A DNA stretch of 64,000 nt from Coleofasciculus chthonoplastes F2-STO-03 (GCA_040222015.1 JAVJWO010000130.1:64001-128000); one strand, 5' to 3'; shown: positions 30,623-41,329, numbered from the stretch's first letter. Translations and numbers: made by a program. The notes: generated by a model not told the origin, from the sequence alone.

Positions 30623-32986
30623 CTACAAACGACGTTCTAGGGAGTTAAAGAAGCGATCGCTCATATCCGCGATCGCAGCGTTGATCACAGGAGGATGATC
30701 ATTAATTGAAATTTTTAATCCGTCAGATAGAGATGTAACCATCCCCAACCGTTGCCAACCCTGGACAGATTCCCCCAGATACTCCCTCAGGTAAGCCTCC
30801 CAATCCCCTTGGGCTTCCGGCTGCACCGACACCAGAATCCGACTAGCGCCCTCACCAAATAAAATCTCATCCCAACGCCGTTCCAGAGACGTTTCCATTA
30901 ATCCCAATTCAACCTCAGCCCCCAATCCGCCAGAAATACAACATTCCGCCAGCGCCACCGCCAATCCTCCCTCCGCACAATCATGTGCCGAATGCAGGAA
31001 GCTGCGCCGAATTCCCTCGCGACAAGCCGCTTGCACCCGACGTTCTAACTCAAAATCCACGATGGGAGGTTTCCCTGCTACAACCCCATGAATCGCGGCT
31101 AAATATTCCGAACCCCCTAAGGTTAGATGAGGCGTAGTTACAGCTAGCGATAATCCCAATAAATAAATTAAATCCCCTTCATTCTGCCACCCTTGAGCAC
31201 AAATCTGACTTAAATCCGGAATCGCCCCCACCATACCAATCACCGGAGTCGGATAAATCGGTTGGGGATTGCCCTGACTATCCAAGGTTTCGTTATACAG
31301 CGAGACATTTCCCCCCGTCACAGGCGTCGCCAATTCTGCACAAGCCTCAGCGATACCCTGACAAGCCGATGCCAGTTGCCAGTATCCTATGGGCTTTTCT
31401 GGTGACCCAAAATTTAGATTATCGGTGACAGCGACGGGTTCTGCACCCACACAACTTAAATTGCGTGCCGCTTCTGCAACCACCGCCTTTGCCCCTTCGT
31501 AGGGGTCAAGATAGACATAGCGAGAATTACAATCCACCGTAGCCGCGACACCCGATTGGGAATTTCGCCCCGATTCCGGGGGACGTAAGCGGATGATTGC
31601 CGCATCTGCACCACCGGGAAGCATCACAGTATTATTTTGCACCTGATGGTCATACTGGCGATAAACCCAACGTTTTGAAGCAATCGTGGGTGTATCTAAG
31701 AGTTGCAGAAGAATATCCGTCCAGGATTTAGCCTCACCTGAAACTTCAATTCCGGTACTGCTACAACTCGGTAATGACTCAACCGTCCATTGCCAAGCCT
31801 TTTTTGCATACTCCGGCGCTTCGGTCAACACATCCCGATAATAAATTGGCGTATTATCCGATAACGCCGTAGCCGGGATTTCCGCCGCCACTTCACCTTG
31901 AAACAGAATCCGCACAATCGGTTCTTCAATCACCGTACCCGCGACAACCGCCTGCAGTTCCCAACGGTGAAAAATATCAATTAACTCCTGTTCTCGTCCT
32001 TTATGTGCCACAAATAGCATCCGTTCCTGGGATTCCGAGAGTAAATATTCATAGGGAACCATCCCCGTTTCGCGGACAGGGATTAAATCTAAATCTAATT
32101 CAATCCCCACACCCCCCTTTGCCGCCATTTCCGAGGTGGAACAAGTAATCCCCGCCGCCCCCATATCCTGTGCCGCGACAACCGCCCCAGTTTTAAAGGC
32201 TTCTAGACAAGCTTCAATCAGGCATTTTTCCAAGAAGGGGTCTCCCACTTGCACCGCTGGGCGGTCATCCATAGATTTATCGGTGAGTTCGGCACTGGCA
32301 AAACTGGCACCGCCCATACCATCGCGCCCGGTAGTGGAACCCACATACAGCACCGGATTGCCAATTCCTGACGCCCCAGATTTCACAATTTCTGGGGTTT
32401 CCATCAATCCCAGCGCCATCACATTTACTAGGGGGTTTCCGGTATAAGCGGGGTCAAAGTACACTTCACCGCCAACCGTGGGGACACCAACGGAGTTACC
32501 ATACCCCGAAATACCCGCCACAACCCCAGAAAATAAGCGCCGGGTGCGGGGATTATCCAGGGAACCGAAGCGCAGGGAATTCAAAACAGCGATGGGACGC
32601 GCCCCCATGGTAAAGATATCCCGCAGAATTCCGCCAACACCTGTGGCTGCACCTTGATAGGGTTCCACAGCCGAGGGATGATTATGGGATTCAATTTTAA
32701 ACGCGAGTTGGAGTCCGTCGCCTAAGTCTACCACGCCAGCATTTTCCCCCGGACCCACAAGGATACGTTTTCCGGTGGTGGGGAATTGTTTGAGGAGAGG
32801 GCGGGAGTTCTTATAGCAACAATGTTCTGACCACATGACGCCGAACATCCCCAGTTCAGCTTTATTGGGGTGACGCCCTAGACGTTTAACAATTTCCGCG
32901 TATTCGTCCGGTTTGAGTCCTTCATCGGCAATTTCTTCGGGGGAAAAGGGGGCAGAGGATAGAGTAGACATGGAACCCTTGTACAA
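30623..32986 (-). CDS. purL: Phosphoribosylformylglycinamidine synthase subunit PurL
   Basis: [48 protein letters not shown]. Confidence 0.98.
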   Translation of the reverse strand: MYKGSMSTLSSAPFSPEEIADEGLKPDEYAEIVKRLGRHPNKAELGMFGVMWSEHCCYKNSRPLLKQFPTTGKRILVGPGENAGVVDLGDGLQLAFKIESHNHPSAVEPYQGAATGVGGILRDIFTMGARPIAVLNSLRFGSLDNPRTRRLFSGVVAGISGYGNSVGVPTVGGEVYFDPAYTGNPLVNVMALGLMETPEIVKSGASGIGNPVLYVGSTTGRDGMGGASFASAELTDKSMDDRPAVQVGDPFLEKCLIEACLEAFKTGAVVAAQDMGAAGITCSTSEMAAKGGVGIELDLDLIPVRETGMVPYEYLLSESQERMLFVAHKGREQELIDIFHRWELQAVVAGTVIEEPIVRILFQGEVAAEIPATALSDNTPIYYRDVLTEAPEYAKKAWQWTVESLPSCSSTGIEVSGEAKSWTDILLQLLDTPTIASKRWVYRQYDHQVQNNTVMLPGGADAAIIRLRPPESGRNSQSGVAATVDCNSRYVYLDPYEGAKAVVAEAARNLSCVGAEPVAVTDNLNFGSPEKPIGYWQLASACQGIAEACAELATPVTGGNVSLYNETLDSQGNPQPIYPTPVIGMVGAIPDLSQICAQGWQNEGDLIYLLGLSLAVTTPHLTLGGSEYLAAIHGVVAGKPPIVDFELERRVQAACREGIRRSFLHSAHDCAEGGLAVALAECCISGGLGAEVELGLMETSLERRWDEILFGEGASRILVSVQPEAQGDWEAYLREYLGESVQGWQRLGMVTSLSDGLKISINDHPPVINAAIADMSDRFFNSLERRL

Positions 32987-33047
32987 ATGGCACAGGGATA
33001 ATTGTATCGGGTAATGGGGTCTGGCTAGTAATTCTGAATCAGAGACT

Positions 33048-33612
33048 GTAGGGGCGGGTTTGACTGCTATCCTTTCTTGGTCAACCCGTAGGGTGTGTTA
33101 GCGAAGCGTAACGCACCTTTGTGTGTCTTCGACTATTGTAGCTGTGCCACGCCTGTAGTAAGGGAACCTTAACCCTATATTGTTGGGTTTCCTGTCATCA
33201 ACCCAACCTACAACTTTCATTTGCTACCTTGCTAGTTTGATAGCTTAAGAAAAGCCCTAGTGTGATCAGGGAAAGCGATCGCCTTGGGCATCAGTTATTA
33301 CCCAATGTGCAAGAAACCAGAGTATCTCTCCTTATTAATGGTCTCTTCATCAAAGCTTTAAACTCATCTTCTCTGAAAGGGAGTATTTTTACTTATAGAG
33401 CTGGTTAATTGCCTACATAAGTAAACTTAATTACTGAAGGCTAAGACAATATGGTTAGCATCTGCAAAAAAATTGCTCTCACCCTTAGTTTTACCCATCT
33501 CCAGCTTCGCTCCGGACTCCACTCAGCATGACAAATTATACCTTAGACTGCAACTTGGTATCAGTTCCCCTGGTTTTCTCTGTTGGGTTTCACTCCGTTC
33601 AACCCAACCTAC
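33048..33612. repeat. Cluster of GTAG-tagged REP-like palindromes
   Basis: GTAGGGGCGGGTTT (33048), GTAGGGTGTGTTAGCGAAGCGTAACGCACC (33088), TGTTGGGTTTC...CAACCCAACCTAC (33181, 33581); relatives at about 12692, 51745, 59757, 61330, 63360. Confidence 0.7.
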
Positions 33613-33786
33613 AAATGTAACATTCCGAATAACAGCGATGTGTTGGTCGCCATGAAGCTTTATCATCAAATTTTCGGCAGATGCAAGCTGTTCAGTTAGG
33701 ACTTTATCGAAAAGAAGAATGATTTTAGTTAGGATTGATGATTGATGGTTGACGGTGGCTAAGTCACTGAAATTTCTCAAAGCACG

Positions 33787-34071
33787 TTAACAAACACAAG
33801 CGTCGGCTTTTAAAGGCTGGTGAGAGGCTAATGAACGAGGAATTAAGCCAGCAAAGGATAATTCACCTTGTTCTTTACTCTGAGAAGTTTGAGGATTGTT
33901 TTTGGCAAGAATAAAATCGAGGATTGACTGTGCTTGTTGGGGATCAGTCAAGTAATAAATCGCCTGAGATTTAGGCGATAGCCAAATTTGTAGCTTCCAG
34001 GGCTTAGATGGAGACGCAGAATTGGGTTCGAGTGAAAAGGTAATCATTATCGGCTGGCGTCCTGATTTCAA
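33787..34071 (-). CDS. Hypothetical protein
   Basis: 94-aa ORF alone in a long intergenic region; no motif recognised. Confidence 0.4.
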   Translation of the reverse strand: MKSGRQPIMITFSLEPNSASPSKPWKLQIWLSPKSQAIYYLTDPQQAQSILDFILAKNNPQTSQSKEQGELSFAGLIPRSLASHQPLKADACVC

Positions 34072-34509
34072 GTAATTAAAAAGATGGAGAACCTAAAGCT
34101 TGAGAGAGAAATGCTTTTTTGATTCCCACTTATAACTGTACCGATTTTTTCCACTCTTTATAGAGTGTTAAATCATCCGGAGTTTTGATTTTAATCCGCC
34201 CTAGAGGTGAGCCGCGTAATATAAATTTGATGAAATAGATCAACTTAATAAAGTGATTGCAGTCACAAGTATGGTGGCGGAAAATCATTTTTTTCCCGGA
34301 GAAAAACTGCTGCTCTGCCATGATTAGTTAGGTATCATTAGTCATACTCGCTCTTCCTCAAGTCGGGATGTTTACATTCATAAAATGTAGTTTTTGTCAA
34401 GACTCAGTAATGAATGGCTGGTCTAAGACATACCCGAATCCGGATGTTCTGCTCAGAAGTGCCAAAATTATTACAATAAATTAAGCAAGTAGGATTAGAG
34501 CTTAAACTT

Positions 34510-35388
34510 ATGGTGAATCGCAAAGACACGCTTTGGGAGCAATTCTTACAACCCATTGTTGGCGTATTCATCGACGGGGAGCAATTGCGCCAGCTTTATG
34601 AGAGCATTGACTGGGAACAAGAGAGCGATCGCGTCTCAACGCCTGACTTAGTTTACCCTGATTACTACAAGAGTCAGAACTTCCATGGTATTGAAGGGGG
34701 TTACTTGAATGGCAGTGCAGCAACCAGTTATGATCCGATTACCCAATACGCTTTACCTCCCAACGAAACCTGGGTACGCCAGGAGTTAATCAATCGCATC
34801 CAGGGAACACCGCGACGGATTCTGGATTTAGGCTGCGGTACGGGTTCAACTACCCTACTGTTAAAACAGGCGTTTCCTCAAGCCGAGGTAATCGGTTTGG
34901 ATTTATCCCCTTATATGTTAGTCATGGCAGAGCGCAAAGCGAAAGCCGCCGGGGTAGACATTCAATGGCGTCATGGTAAAGCGGAAGAGACGGGCTTACC
35001 AGAGGCATCTTTTGACCTGGTAACCGCCTCGCTATTATTCCACGAAACCCCCCCAGCCGTGGCAAAGTCAATTTTGCGGGAAAGTTTTCGACTCCTCAAA
35101 GGAGGTGGACAAGTTCTGATCTTAGATGGTAATCAGCGAACCTTGCGTCAAGTAAACTGGTTAACAGAGGTGTTTGAAGAACCCTATATCAAAGCTTACG
35201 CCACCGATAGCGTAGACGCCTGGATGGGTTCGGCTGGGTTTGAAGCGGTGCAGACTCAAGACGTGTGGTGGCTGAATCAAGTTACCCAAGGAATGAAACC
35301 GCTTCCGGTAGACGAACAAGTGTACCAACGGACTCAACGCCGTACAATCGACGACTTCGGTTCCTCAGGTATTCCAGCTCCAGCATAG
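34510..35388 (+). CDS. Class I SAM-dependent methyltransferase
   Basis: ILDLGCGTG, GLDLSPYML, SFDLV, LFHETP. Confidence 0.92.
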   Translation: MVNRKDTLWEQFLQPIVGVFIDGEQLRQLYESIDWEQESDRVSTPDLVYPDYYKSQNFHGIEGGYLNGSAATSYDPITQYALPPNETWVRQELINRIQGTPRRILDLGCGTGSTTLLLKQAFPQAEVIGLDLSPYMLVMAERKAKAAGVDIQWRHGKAEETGLPEASFDLVTASLLFHETPPAVAKSILRESFRLLKGGGQVLILDGNQRTLRQVNWLTEVFEEPYIKAYATDSVDAWMGSAGFEAVQTQDVWWLNQVTQGMKPLPVDEQVYQRTQRRTIDDFGSSGIPAPA

Positions 35389-35395
35389 TAACGAA

Positions 35396-36109
35396 TTGAA
35401 TATGAGTTTAAAGGCAGTTCTGTTTGATTTCAACGGCGTGATTATCAACGATGAGTCGATTCATCAGCAACTCATCGAAGACATTCTGCTGGGCGAAAAT
35501 CTGCGTCCCTCGGCGTCGGATTACTGGGAGGATTGTTTGGGGCGTAGCGATCGCGCTTGCTTAAAAGTATTATTGGAGAAACGAGGTCGGGTGGTGAGTG
35601 ATGACGACTTAACCCGTTTAATCTCCCGAAAAGCCGACGCCTACCGCCGTCAACTGGAATCTCTATCTGAATTACCCATATATCCGGGAGTCGAAGATTT
35701 AATTTACAAAATCCGCGTGGCTCAATTACCCATGGGAGTGGTGAGTGGTGCTTTGCGACAGGAAGTTGAGTTAGTCTTGGATCGGGCTAACCTATTGCAA
35801 TATTTTCCGGTTATTGTGGCAGGTGATGACATCAAGGTGAGTAAACCGGAACCGGATGGCTATCTGTTAGCGGTGGAACGCCTCAATCAGCAGTTTCCAG
35901 AACTTAATGCCAAATCCTCAGATTGTCTCGCTATAGAAGATACACCGGCGGGTATTGAAGCCGCCAAACGAGCCGGGATGCAAGTCGTCGGCGTTGCTAA
36001 TACCTATCCCTTCCACATGCTTCAGCGTCAAGCCGATTGGACGGTTGATTATCTGCATCAGCTTGAACTTGAACGAGTGCAGGAAGTTTATGCTCAAGTT
36101 GTGGGTTAG
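35396..36109 (+). CDS. HAD-superfamily hydrolase
   Basis: LFDFNGVIIND, KPEPDGY, IEDTPAGIEAAKRAGM. Confidence 0.92.
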   Translation: MNMSLKAVLFDFNGVIINDESIHQQLIEDILLGENLRPSASDYWEDCLGRSDRACLKVLLEKRGRVVSDDDLTRLISRKADAYRRQLESLSELPIYPGVEDLIYKIRVAQLPMGVVSGALRQEVELVLDRANLLQYFPVIVAGDDIKVSKPEPDGYLLAVERLNQQFPELNAKSSDCLAIEDTPAGIEAAKRAGMQVVGVANTYPFHMLQRQADWTVDYLHQLELERVQEVYAQVVG

Positions 36110-36174
36110 TAACCATGAGCCATGAATCATGAACTATAAACCAATACCCGCAAGTGTTACAATAAACCTAGTCC

Positions 36175-36247
36175 GGGGAATTAGCTCAGTTGGTAGAGCG
36201 CTGCGATCGCACCGCAGAGGTCACCGGTTCAAATCCGGTATTCTCCA
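36175..36247 (+). tRNA. tRNA-Ala (anticodon CGC)
   Basis: GGGGAAT acceptor stem with G3:U70, TAGCTCAGTTGGTAGAGC D arm, CTGCG-ATCGCAC-CGCAG anticodon arm, GGTTCAAATCC T loop; 73 nt. Confidence 0.96.
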
Positions 36248-36277
36248 TTTGTGTCGATTGCCACATTATTTGTCATT

Positions 36278-36383
36278 TATAGCAATAGACACATCGATTA
36301 GGACGTTCGGCACCATTGTAGAGACGCGCCATGGCGCGTCTCTACATAAATGATGTGTCCTAACAGCCATGGCGGTTGCTATA
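36278..36383. mobile_element. 106-bp TA-flanked MITE, copy 1
   Basis: TATAGCAA...TTGCTATA ends, central palindrome GTAGAGACGCGCCATGGCGCGTCTCTAC; identical by eye to 52446-52551. Confidence 0.85.
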
Positions 36384-36555
36384 AATCCTTCACGCAAAAC
36401 TTCAGTGAAAGTTGTAGGGGCGTTGGTTGCCCGATCAAAAGCCGATACCGTCGGAGTAAAATACTCAATGGAAGAGTTGCAGCTCGGTGGCGATGATGGT
36501 CGTTTGCATCCCAATCGGCGAGAATTGAAATCCTGAGTGATTTAGCGTTAGAGCT

Positions 36556-39500
36556 ATGAATGCAGTCGAAATCGAAGAAGCCGTTTCCCAACTCGCTGAA
36601 GCTCCCTTTGACCCAGAGGAGTTTCCTTTTGCCTTCCTTGAAGCGTTTGGAAATAAGAAAACGACGATTAAACGGCTCAAGAGTCAGCGCAACAGTACCA
36701 ACAAATCTGATCTGGATGGGGTTCTCCAGCGCAACAATATCCACATTAAGGTTTGCCTAGAAGGGGAAGTCACCGATACCCTCACGGCTTTGCGGGAGAG
36801 TCCAGCGACTGCTAAACAAAAGGCAAAGTTTATCTTAGCGACAGATGGCAAAAGCCTGGAAGCGGAAAATTTAGCTGATGGAGAAACTATTGTCTGTGAC
36901 TATCCTGAGTTTCATAACCATTTTGGTTTCTTTTTACCGTTGGCGGGGATTACGACGGTTAAGCAAATTCGGGAAAATGCCTTTGATATTAAGGCGACAG
37001 GGCGACTCAATAAACTCTACGTCGAACTGCTCAATGAAAACCCCGACTGGGACAGCGCAGAACGTCGGGAGGAACTCAACCATTTGATGGCTCGGCTGAT
37101 TTTCTGCTTTTTCGCCGAAGATACGAATATTTTTTACAGTAATAATTTATTCACCGATACCATCGCGCAGATGAGTGCGGGGGATTCGTCGAATACCCAT
37201 GAGGTGCTAGAGGAGCTATTTCGGGCAATGGCAACCCCGCTCAAGCAACGGGAAAAGGCAGGAATCCGCAACTGGGCGAATGGCTTTCCCTATGTGAATG
37301 GGGGGCTGTTTAGTCCTCACCCCCTAACCCCTTCTCCTCTCTCCCCATCTGGGAGAGGGGCTGGGGGTGAGGGTAATAGTTTAGGAAAATACCCCCATCC
37401 CCTAGCCCCTTCCCCCAAGCAGAGGGAAGGGGGACAAGAGACTATGAGTGAGGGCAAATACTGGGAGATTCCCCCTGCACTCAAGAAAAAAATGACCGAA
37501 GTTGCTCGTCAGTTCCGCAAGGAACCTACTCCTAGTGAAAAGATCCTCTGGCAAGCTCTGCGGGGACGCAAACTAGAAGGACGAAAATTTCGACGACAAC
37601 AGCCTATTGGCGCATTTATTGTTGATTTCTTTTGTGGAGCAGAACGGCTAATTGTGGAGGTGGATGGAGGTATCCATCAATCACAGCAAGAGGCGGACCA
37701 ACAGCGTCAGGAGTTGTTGGAGTCGTTAGGACTCAAGGTTGTTCGGGTTTCGAGTGAGTTGGTGGAGACGAATTTAGCTGAGGCTTTGGCAGTCGTGCGT
37801 CAGGGGTTTAGCCCCCATCCCCTAACCCCTTCCCCCAAGCAGGGGGAAGGGGGACAAGAAACTCCGACTCCCCTCTCCCCATCTGGGAGAGGGGCTGGGG
37901 GTGAGGGTCTTATCGTGCCACGTTTTAGCCGGATTGCTCGATCTTACTTGCTTCATGTAGGCAATCTCGACTGGACGAAGATCAACCCGGATATTTTCGG
38001 CTCGATGATTCAGGCGGTGGCAGATGAAGACGAGCGCGGGGCGTTGGGGATGCACTATACCAGTGTGCCGAATATCCTCAAGGTGCTGAATCCGTTGTTT
38101 TTGGATGATTTGCGCGAGCAACTGGCAGCAGCCGGGGATAATGGGCGTAAGTTGCTGAATCTGCGGAAACGGCTGGCACGGATTCGGGTGTTTGACCCCG
38201 CTTGTGGGTCGGGTAATTTTTTGGTGATTGCCTATAAGGAAATGCGGGCAATTGAGGCGGAGATTAACCAGCGCCGGGGGGAGGCGGATCGGGCTTCGGA
38301 GATTCCCTTGACGAATTTTCGGGGAATTGAGATTCGGCATTTTTCCTGTGAGATTGCGCGGTTGGCGTTGATTATTGCCGAGTATCAGTGTGATGTGTTG
38401 TATCGGGGGCAACGGTTGGCGTTGGCGGAGTTTTTGCCCTTGAAGGCGGAGAATTGGATCACCTGTGGAAATGCGTTGCGGTTGGATTGGTTGAGTTTGT
38501 GTCCGCCGACGGATAAGGGGGTGAGGGTGCAACGGGAGGATTTGGATTTGTGGCAGGAAACGCGGGATGAGGCAGAGATTGAGTTTGAGAATGAGGGGGG
38601 AGAAACTTATATTTGTGGGAATCCGCCTTACTTGGGTTCAACGTGGCAATCGAAGGAACAAAAAGCAGAAATCAGAGACGTAGTAAATAATAGGACTAAA
38701 TCACCTGGTTTTTTAGATTATGTTTCCGGTTGGTTTATCAAAGCAGCAGACTGGTTGCAGCATTCTGAGGGTCGCGCTGCATTTGTGTCTACTAATTCAA
38801 TCTGTCAAGGGCAAATGGTGCCTTTACTCTGGCAAATCATTTGGAATGCCGATTGCGAAATCTTATTTGCCCATACTTCATTCAAATGGTCAAACCTTGC
38901 AAGTCATAATGCCGGGGTTACTGTCGCTATCGTTTGTATAGGTCGTACATCAAACGATCAAAAGGCTTTATTTGAAATAGATCAGTATGGAAAAACATCT
39001 GTAAGACTAGGTTCAGCAATTAATCCTTATTTGACATTTGGTAACTTCGTTATCGTCAAGAAGACTACTAAACCAATCTCTAAACGTGCAGTTATGGAAT
39101 TTGGAAATAAACCAAGTGACGGAGGAAATCTTCTCGTCTCGCGAGAAGAGATAAACAATCTGGGTTTAAGCACCGAGCAGAAGAGACGATTCCTAAGAAC
39201 TATCGTCGGCTCTGGCGATTTCATTAATGGGAATTCTAGATACTGTATTTGGATTGAGGATTCGCATTTAGAAGAAGCACTTTCCATTGAACCTATTGCT
39301 AGACGAGTTGAATTAGTTAGGAAGATACGGTTAGCTAGTCGAGATAAAGGAGCAAATGCTCTTGCACAAAGGGCGCATCAATTAAAGTTGATGAGGATAG
39401 GGAAGCAAAGTAGTATCGTAGTTCCAGCAGTTTCATCTGAGCGCAGGAACTACTTACCCGCAGGTCTGATTGATAGAAATACGACAATTACAAATGCTGC

Positions 39501-39912
39501 CTTCGCTCTCTACGATGCTCCACTTTGGAACATGGCAATCATCGCCTCCCGCCTTCACCTCGTCTGGATTGCCACCGTCTGCGGTAAACTTGAAACCCGA
39601 TATCGCTACTCCAACACCCTTGGCTGGAACACCTTCCCCGTCCCCACCCTCACCGAACAAAACAAAACCGACCTCACCTGTTGTGCTGAAGACATCCTCC
39701 TGGCGCGGGAACAGTATTTCCCTGCTACCATTGCCGATATGTACGACCCAGAGCGCATGGACAAAGAGTTTCCCCTAGTGCGAGAAGCCCATGAACGCAA
39801 TGATGAAGTGCTAGAGCGCATTTACATCGGTCGTCGCTTCAAAAACGATACCGAACGCTTAGAGAAACTGTTTGAGCTTTATACGAAAATGACCGCGCCG
39901 AAATCTTCCTAA
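36556..39912 (+). CDS. MmeI/YeeA-like N6-adenine DNA methyltransferase with in-frame DUF559 insertion
   Basis: FPYVNGGLF, INPDIFG, GMHYTS, FDPACGSGNF (motif I), GNPPY (motif IV), FVSTNSICQG, YRYSNTLGWNTFP. Confidence 0.92.
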   Translation: MNAVEIEEAVSQLAEAPFDPEEFPFAFLEAFGNKKTTIKRLKSQRNSTNKSDLDGVLQRNNIHIKVCLEGEVTDTLTALRESPATAKQKAKFILATDGKSLEAENLADGETIVCDYPEFHNHFGFFLPLAGITTVKQIRENAFDIKATGRLNKLYVELLNENPDWDSAERREELNHLMARLIFCFFAEDTNIFYSNNLFTDTIAQMSAGDSSNTHEVLEELFRAMATPLKQREKAGIRNWANGFPYVNGGLFSPHPLTPSPLSPSGRGAGGEGNSLGKYPHPLAPSPKQREGGQETMSEGKYWEIPPALKKKMTEVARQFRKEPTPSEKILWQALRGRKLEGRKFRRQQPIGAFIVDFFCGAERLIVEVDGGIHQSQQEADQQRQELLESLGLKVVRVSSELVETNLAEALAVVRQGFSPHPLTPSPKQGEGGQETPTPLSPSGRGAGGEGLIVPRFSRIARSYLLHVGNLDWTKINPDIFGSMIQAVADEDERGALGMHYTSVPNILKVLNPLFLDDLREQLAAAGDNGRKLLNLRKRLARIRVFDPACGSGNFLVIAYKEMRAIEAEINQRRGEADRASEIPLTNFRGIEIRHFSCEIARLALIIAEYQCDVLYRGQRLALAEFLPLKAENWITCGNALRLDWLSLCPPTDKGVRVQREDLDLWQETRDEAEIEFENEGGETYICGNPPYLGSTWQSKEQKAEIRDVVNNRTKSPGFLDYVSGWFIKAADWLQHSEGRAAFVSTNSICQGQMVPLLWQIIWNADCEILFAHTSFKWSNLASHNAGVTVAIVCIGRTSNDQKALFEIDQYGKTSVRLGSAINPYLTFGNFVIVKKTTKPISKRAVMEFGNKPSDGGNLLVSREEINNLGLSTEQKRRFLRTIVGSGDFINGNSRYCIWIEDSHLEEALSIEPIARRVELVRKIRLASRDKGANALAQRAHQLKLMRIGKQSSIVVPAVSSERRNYLPAGLIDRNTTITNAAFALYDAPLWNMAIIASRLHLVWIATVCGKLETRYRYSNTLGWNTFPVPTLTEQNKTDLTCCAEDILLAREQYFPATIADMYDPERMDKEFPLVREAHERNDEVLERIYIGRRFKNDTERLEKLFELYTKMTAPKSS
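37315..37908 (+). mobile_element. Repeat-flanked DUF559 (Vsr-like endonuclease) cassette, 594 bp, in frame
   Basis: ARQFRKEPTPSEKILWQALR...KFRRQQPIG.FIVDF...LIVEVDGGIH...LKVVRV between PHPLTPSP and GRGAGGEG repeats. Confidence 0.8.
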
Positions 39913-39923
39913 ACGTAGTATTC

Positions 39924-40030
39924 GCCCTCATCCCCCAGCCCCTTCTCCCAATCTGGGAGAAGGGGAGCAAGAAGGAGAATCTGTTTCAAAGTCCCTCTCC
40001 TGTTTTGGGAGAGGGATTTAGGGTGAGGGC
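39924..40030. repeat. GC-rich double-hairpin palindromic element, same family as 22961-23073
   Basis: GCCCTCATCCCCC...GGGTGAGGGC ends with two internal CTCC/GGAG hairpins; lies between convergent genes. Confidence 0.88.
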
Positions 40031-40032
40031 AA

Positions 40033-40599
40033 TCAGAAAGCAATGTCTTCGTACAGGTTAGTCAACTCGGCTTCAAACTCAAGGCTAGTCAGGTGAAAAG
40101 TGTTGTGACTGGGGGCATAGAATTGAAATAACCACAGCCCTTCCTCGGTACGACGGTAACAGTCTACCCGTTGCTGTCTGGTACTAATCAAGACATATTC
40201 TTGCAGACTGTCGAGGGTTTGATAGTCGATGAATTTATCCCCTCGGTCAAAGGCTTCGGTGGAGTCAGAGAGGACTTCAATGATTAGTTTGGGATAACGC
40301 TTATAGGTAGTAGTTTCTGCGTCGCGGGGGTCACAAGTCACCATCAAATCAGGATAGTAGTAACAGTTGCACTCTTCAAGTCTGGCTTTGACATCGGCAA
40401 AATAGACGCGACAGTCTGACCCCCGTAAATGGCTACGAATCAGCGTAACAAGGTTGATAGCAATAGTATTATGAGCATCGGTTGTCCCCGCCATAGCATA
40501 GGCTTCACCATTGCGATATTCGTGTTTGGTGTCGCTGGTGGCTTCGAGTTGGAGGTATTCGTCAGGAGAGAGGTAATAATTGTCTGGGGTAGCAATCAT
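40033..40599 (-). CDS. Uma2-family endonuclease
   Basis: KHEYRNGEAYAMAG, YYPDLMVTCD, PKLIIEVLSDSTEAFDRGDKF. Confidence 0.92.
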   Translation of the reverse strand: MIATPDNYYLSPDEYLQLEATSDTKHEYRNGEAYAMAGTTDAHNTIAINLVTLIRSHLRGSDCRVYFADVKARLEECNCYYYPDLMVTCDPRDAETTTYKRYPKLIIEVLSDSTEAFDRGDKFIDYQTLDSLQEYVLISTRQQRVDCYRRTEEGLWLFQFYAPSHNTFHLTSLEFEAELTNLYEDIAF

Positions 40600-40763
40600 G
40601 GATGAGGAAGGGGCGAATTGGGTACAGTCCTGTTTTTAATTTAGTTCAAAAAGCGCAATGCATTCAGCAGGCTACGCCTACGCGCCTCCAACAGCAAGTC
40701 AAGCCCAATTTCAATCAGGGCAAATGATAAAATTAAACCAGTTTCTTCGCGTTAAACTAGCCA

Positions 40764-41003
40764 ATGCTAACCCTAGACCAACTCATTGCCGAAGCCACTG
40801 CCCTCCCTGATGCTGACAAAGCAATCCTGATTGATAAACTGACAGCAAGCATGGACGAACAACGCACTGCTTCAAAAACCGCAAGCATTCCTCCCGGTAC
40901 TCTCACCCAACTTCGAGGTATCGCTAAACGTTCTAGAAAAACCCCCAGCGATAAAGAACTGCAAGCAGAGTACACCGATTATTTAGTTCAAAAATATCAG
41001 TAA
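40764..41003 (+). CDS. Small antitoxin-like protein
   Basis: MLTLDQLIAEATALPDADKAILIDKL addiction-module-like helices; ends YTDYLVQKYQ; first 160 bp repeated at 46445. Confidence 0.55.
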   Translation: MLTLDQLIAEATALPDADKAILIDKLTASMDEQRTASKTASIPPGTLTQLRGIAKRSRKTPSDKELQAEYTDYLVQKYQ

Positions 41004-41011
41004 CCTTTCTC

Positions 41012-41329
41012 GTGAAAATTCTCATTGATACCATTGCCGAATTCTGTCGCAAATGGAACGTTATCGAATTTGCGCTATTTGGCTCTGTTTTGCGTGATGA
41101 TTTTCGCCCAGACAGCGACATCGACGTTATGGTGAAATTTCACCCTGACGCTCATCCCAAATTCAGCACCCTAGACCAAATGGAAGGGGAACTGAGGACA
41201 ATCTTTGACCGGGATGTGGATTTAGTGACTCGCCCTGGGGTTGAAGCCAGTCGTAATTATTTACGTCGTAATACCATCCTCTCCTCTGCTCAGGTGATTT
41301 ATGCAACGAAATCTCCAATTTCTGCTTGA
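41012..41329 (+). CDS. Minimal nucleotidyltransferase (MNT antitoxin)
   Basis: LFGSVLRDDFRPDSDIDV, RDVDLVT. Confidence 0.88.
   Translation: MKILIDTIAEFCRKWNVIEFALFGSVLRDDFRPDSDIDVMVKFHPDAHPKFSTLDQMEGELRTIFDRDVDLVTRPGVEASRNYLRRNTILSSAQVIYATKSPISA

Noticed and set aside
36129..36760. Short ORFs over the tRNA, MITE and methyltransferase start
   Set aside because: They overlap better-supported features and show no motifs
37315..37908. Intein or self-splicing intron explanation for the insert
   Set aside because: No terminal His-Asn followed by Cys/Ser/Thr and no group II GTGCG-type 5' end seen
37822..38532. 236-aa antisense ORF inside the methyltransferase
   Set aside because: Shadow ORF explained by biased codon usage and the stop-poor repeat
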